From the NCBI GenBank assembly GCA_965203905.1, contig CBDBDQ010000005.1:7392001-7456000 (forward strand): a stretch of DNA of 64,000 bases, given 5' to 3'. This document shows positions 63,572 to 64,000 of the stretch, piece after piece (the stretch's first letter is position 1; each line of letters begins with the position of its first letter). Below the pieces are notes generated by a model, which was not told the origin of the DNA, did not search any database, and saw only the letters and a list, made by a program, of their open reading frames with translations. Source of the DNA: Spirochaetia bacterium (GTDB taxonomy: Bacteria > Spirochaetota > Spirochaetia > SZUA-6 > Bin103). Position numbers and translations under genes: made by a program.

Positions 63572-64000
63572 CTAGTCGACATGACCCTTGGTCGACATCG
63601 CGGCGCCGGAGGGGGCGTAGGCCGCGGCCAGGGCCCGGCCCAGCGCCTTGAACAGCGCCTCTACCATGTGGTGCGTGTTGACCCCGTGGCGAACGGTAGC
63701 GTGGAGGTTGATCCTGGCGTGCATCGCCACGGCCAGCAGAAACTCACGCACCAGAGCCACGTCGAACGTCCCCACCACGGGTTGCGGGTAGCGGGCGTCG
63801 TAGTGCAGGTAGGGCCGCCCACCGACGTCGATCACCACCTCGCTCAGCGCGTCGTCCATGGGTACCAGGGCGGCGCCGAAACGTTCCACCGCAGACCCGT
63901 TGCGCGCCGCGCGCAAGCAATCGCCCAGAACCAGGCCCACATCCTCCACCAGGTGGTGCGGGTCCACCCCCACGTCACCGCGCGCCTGCACCTGCAGGCC
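63572..64000 (-). CDS. hisB: Imidazoleglycerol-phosphate dehydratase (C-terminal part; start beyond window end)
   Basis: GD..VD.HH.VED.G, PMDDAL, GRP, N.HH..EA.FKA.GRAL, STKG. Confidence 0.95.
   Translation of the reverse strand, partial: GLQVQARGDVGVDPHHLVEDVGLVLGDCLRAARNGSAVERFGAALVPMDDALSEVVIDVGGRPYLHYDARYPQPVVGTFDVALVREFLLAVAMHARINLHATVRHGVNTHHMVEALFKALGRALAAAYAPSGAAMSTKGHVD

Overview
High-GC bacterial core-genome window, very probably from a Spirochaetota lineage. Support: RpoB carries Asn at the E. coli S531 position ([10 protein letters not shown]), RpoA has a spirochaete-type insert, secY is followed directly by rpmJ, and the order rplQ..rny-ymdB-tlyA/GerMN-der is Borrelia-like. About 30 kb (6.7-36.8 kb, minus strand) is an uninterrupted tRNA-Thr-rpmG-tRNA-Trp-secE-nusG-rplKAJL-rpoBC-str-S10-spc-alpha supercluster. 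The rest holds dnaE-hom-yggT-recG-rsmD, an orphan Wzz-like gene, ligA, a divergent DUF89 phosphatase/FGGY kinase pair, tRNA-Pro-ygfA, an argRCBDG operon with tandem ARG boxes, hisC, tRNA-Phe, a Zn-PLC-family gene, a stand-alone FliG N-terminal domain, asnS, a TM2 protein and part of hisB. I see no mobile element, prophage, CRISPR array or defence island, and nothing I can call a new multi-gene system with confidence. The best leads are: (1) a tRNA-Pro/ygfA transcript whose frame runs open through the tRNA and whose first ATG is buried in a perfect 16-bp hairpin; (2) two membrane-anchored proteins sharing an ESCRT-II-like winged-helix domain; (3) a truncated FliG1; (4) a long acidic extension on S17 with similar tails on other translation/transcription proteins; (5) S12 K42R plus P90A; (6) a cluster of single-base substitutions at near-invariant residues between 7.3 and 12.2 kb that may be assembly error. 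All protein-family calls are from motif recognition by eye; no database search was run.
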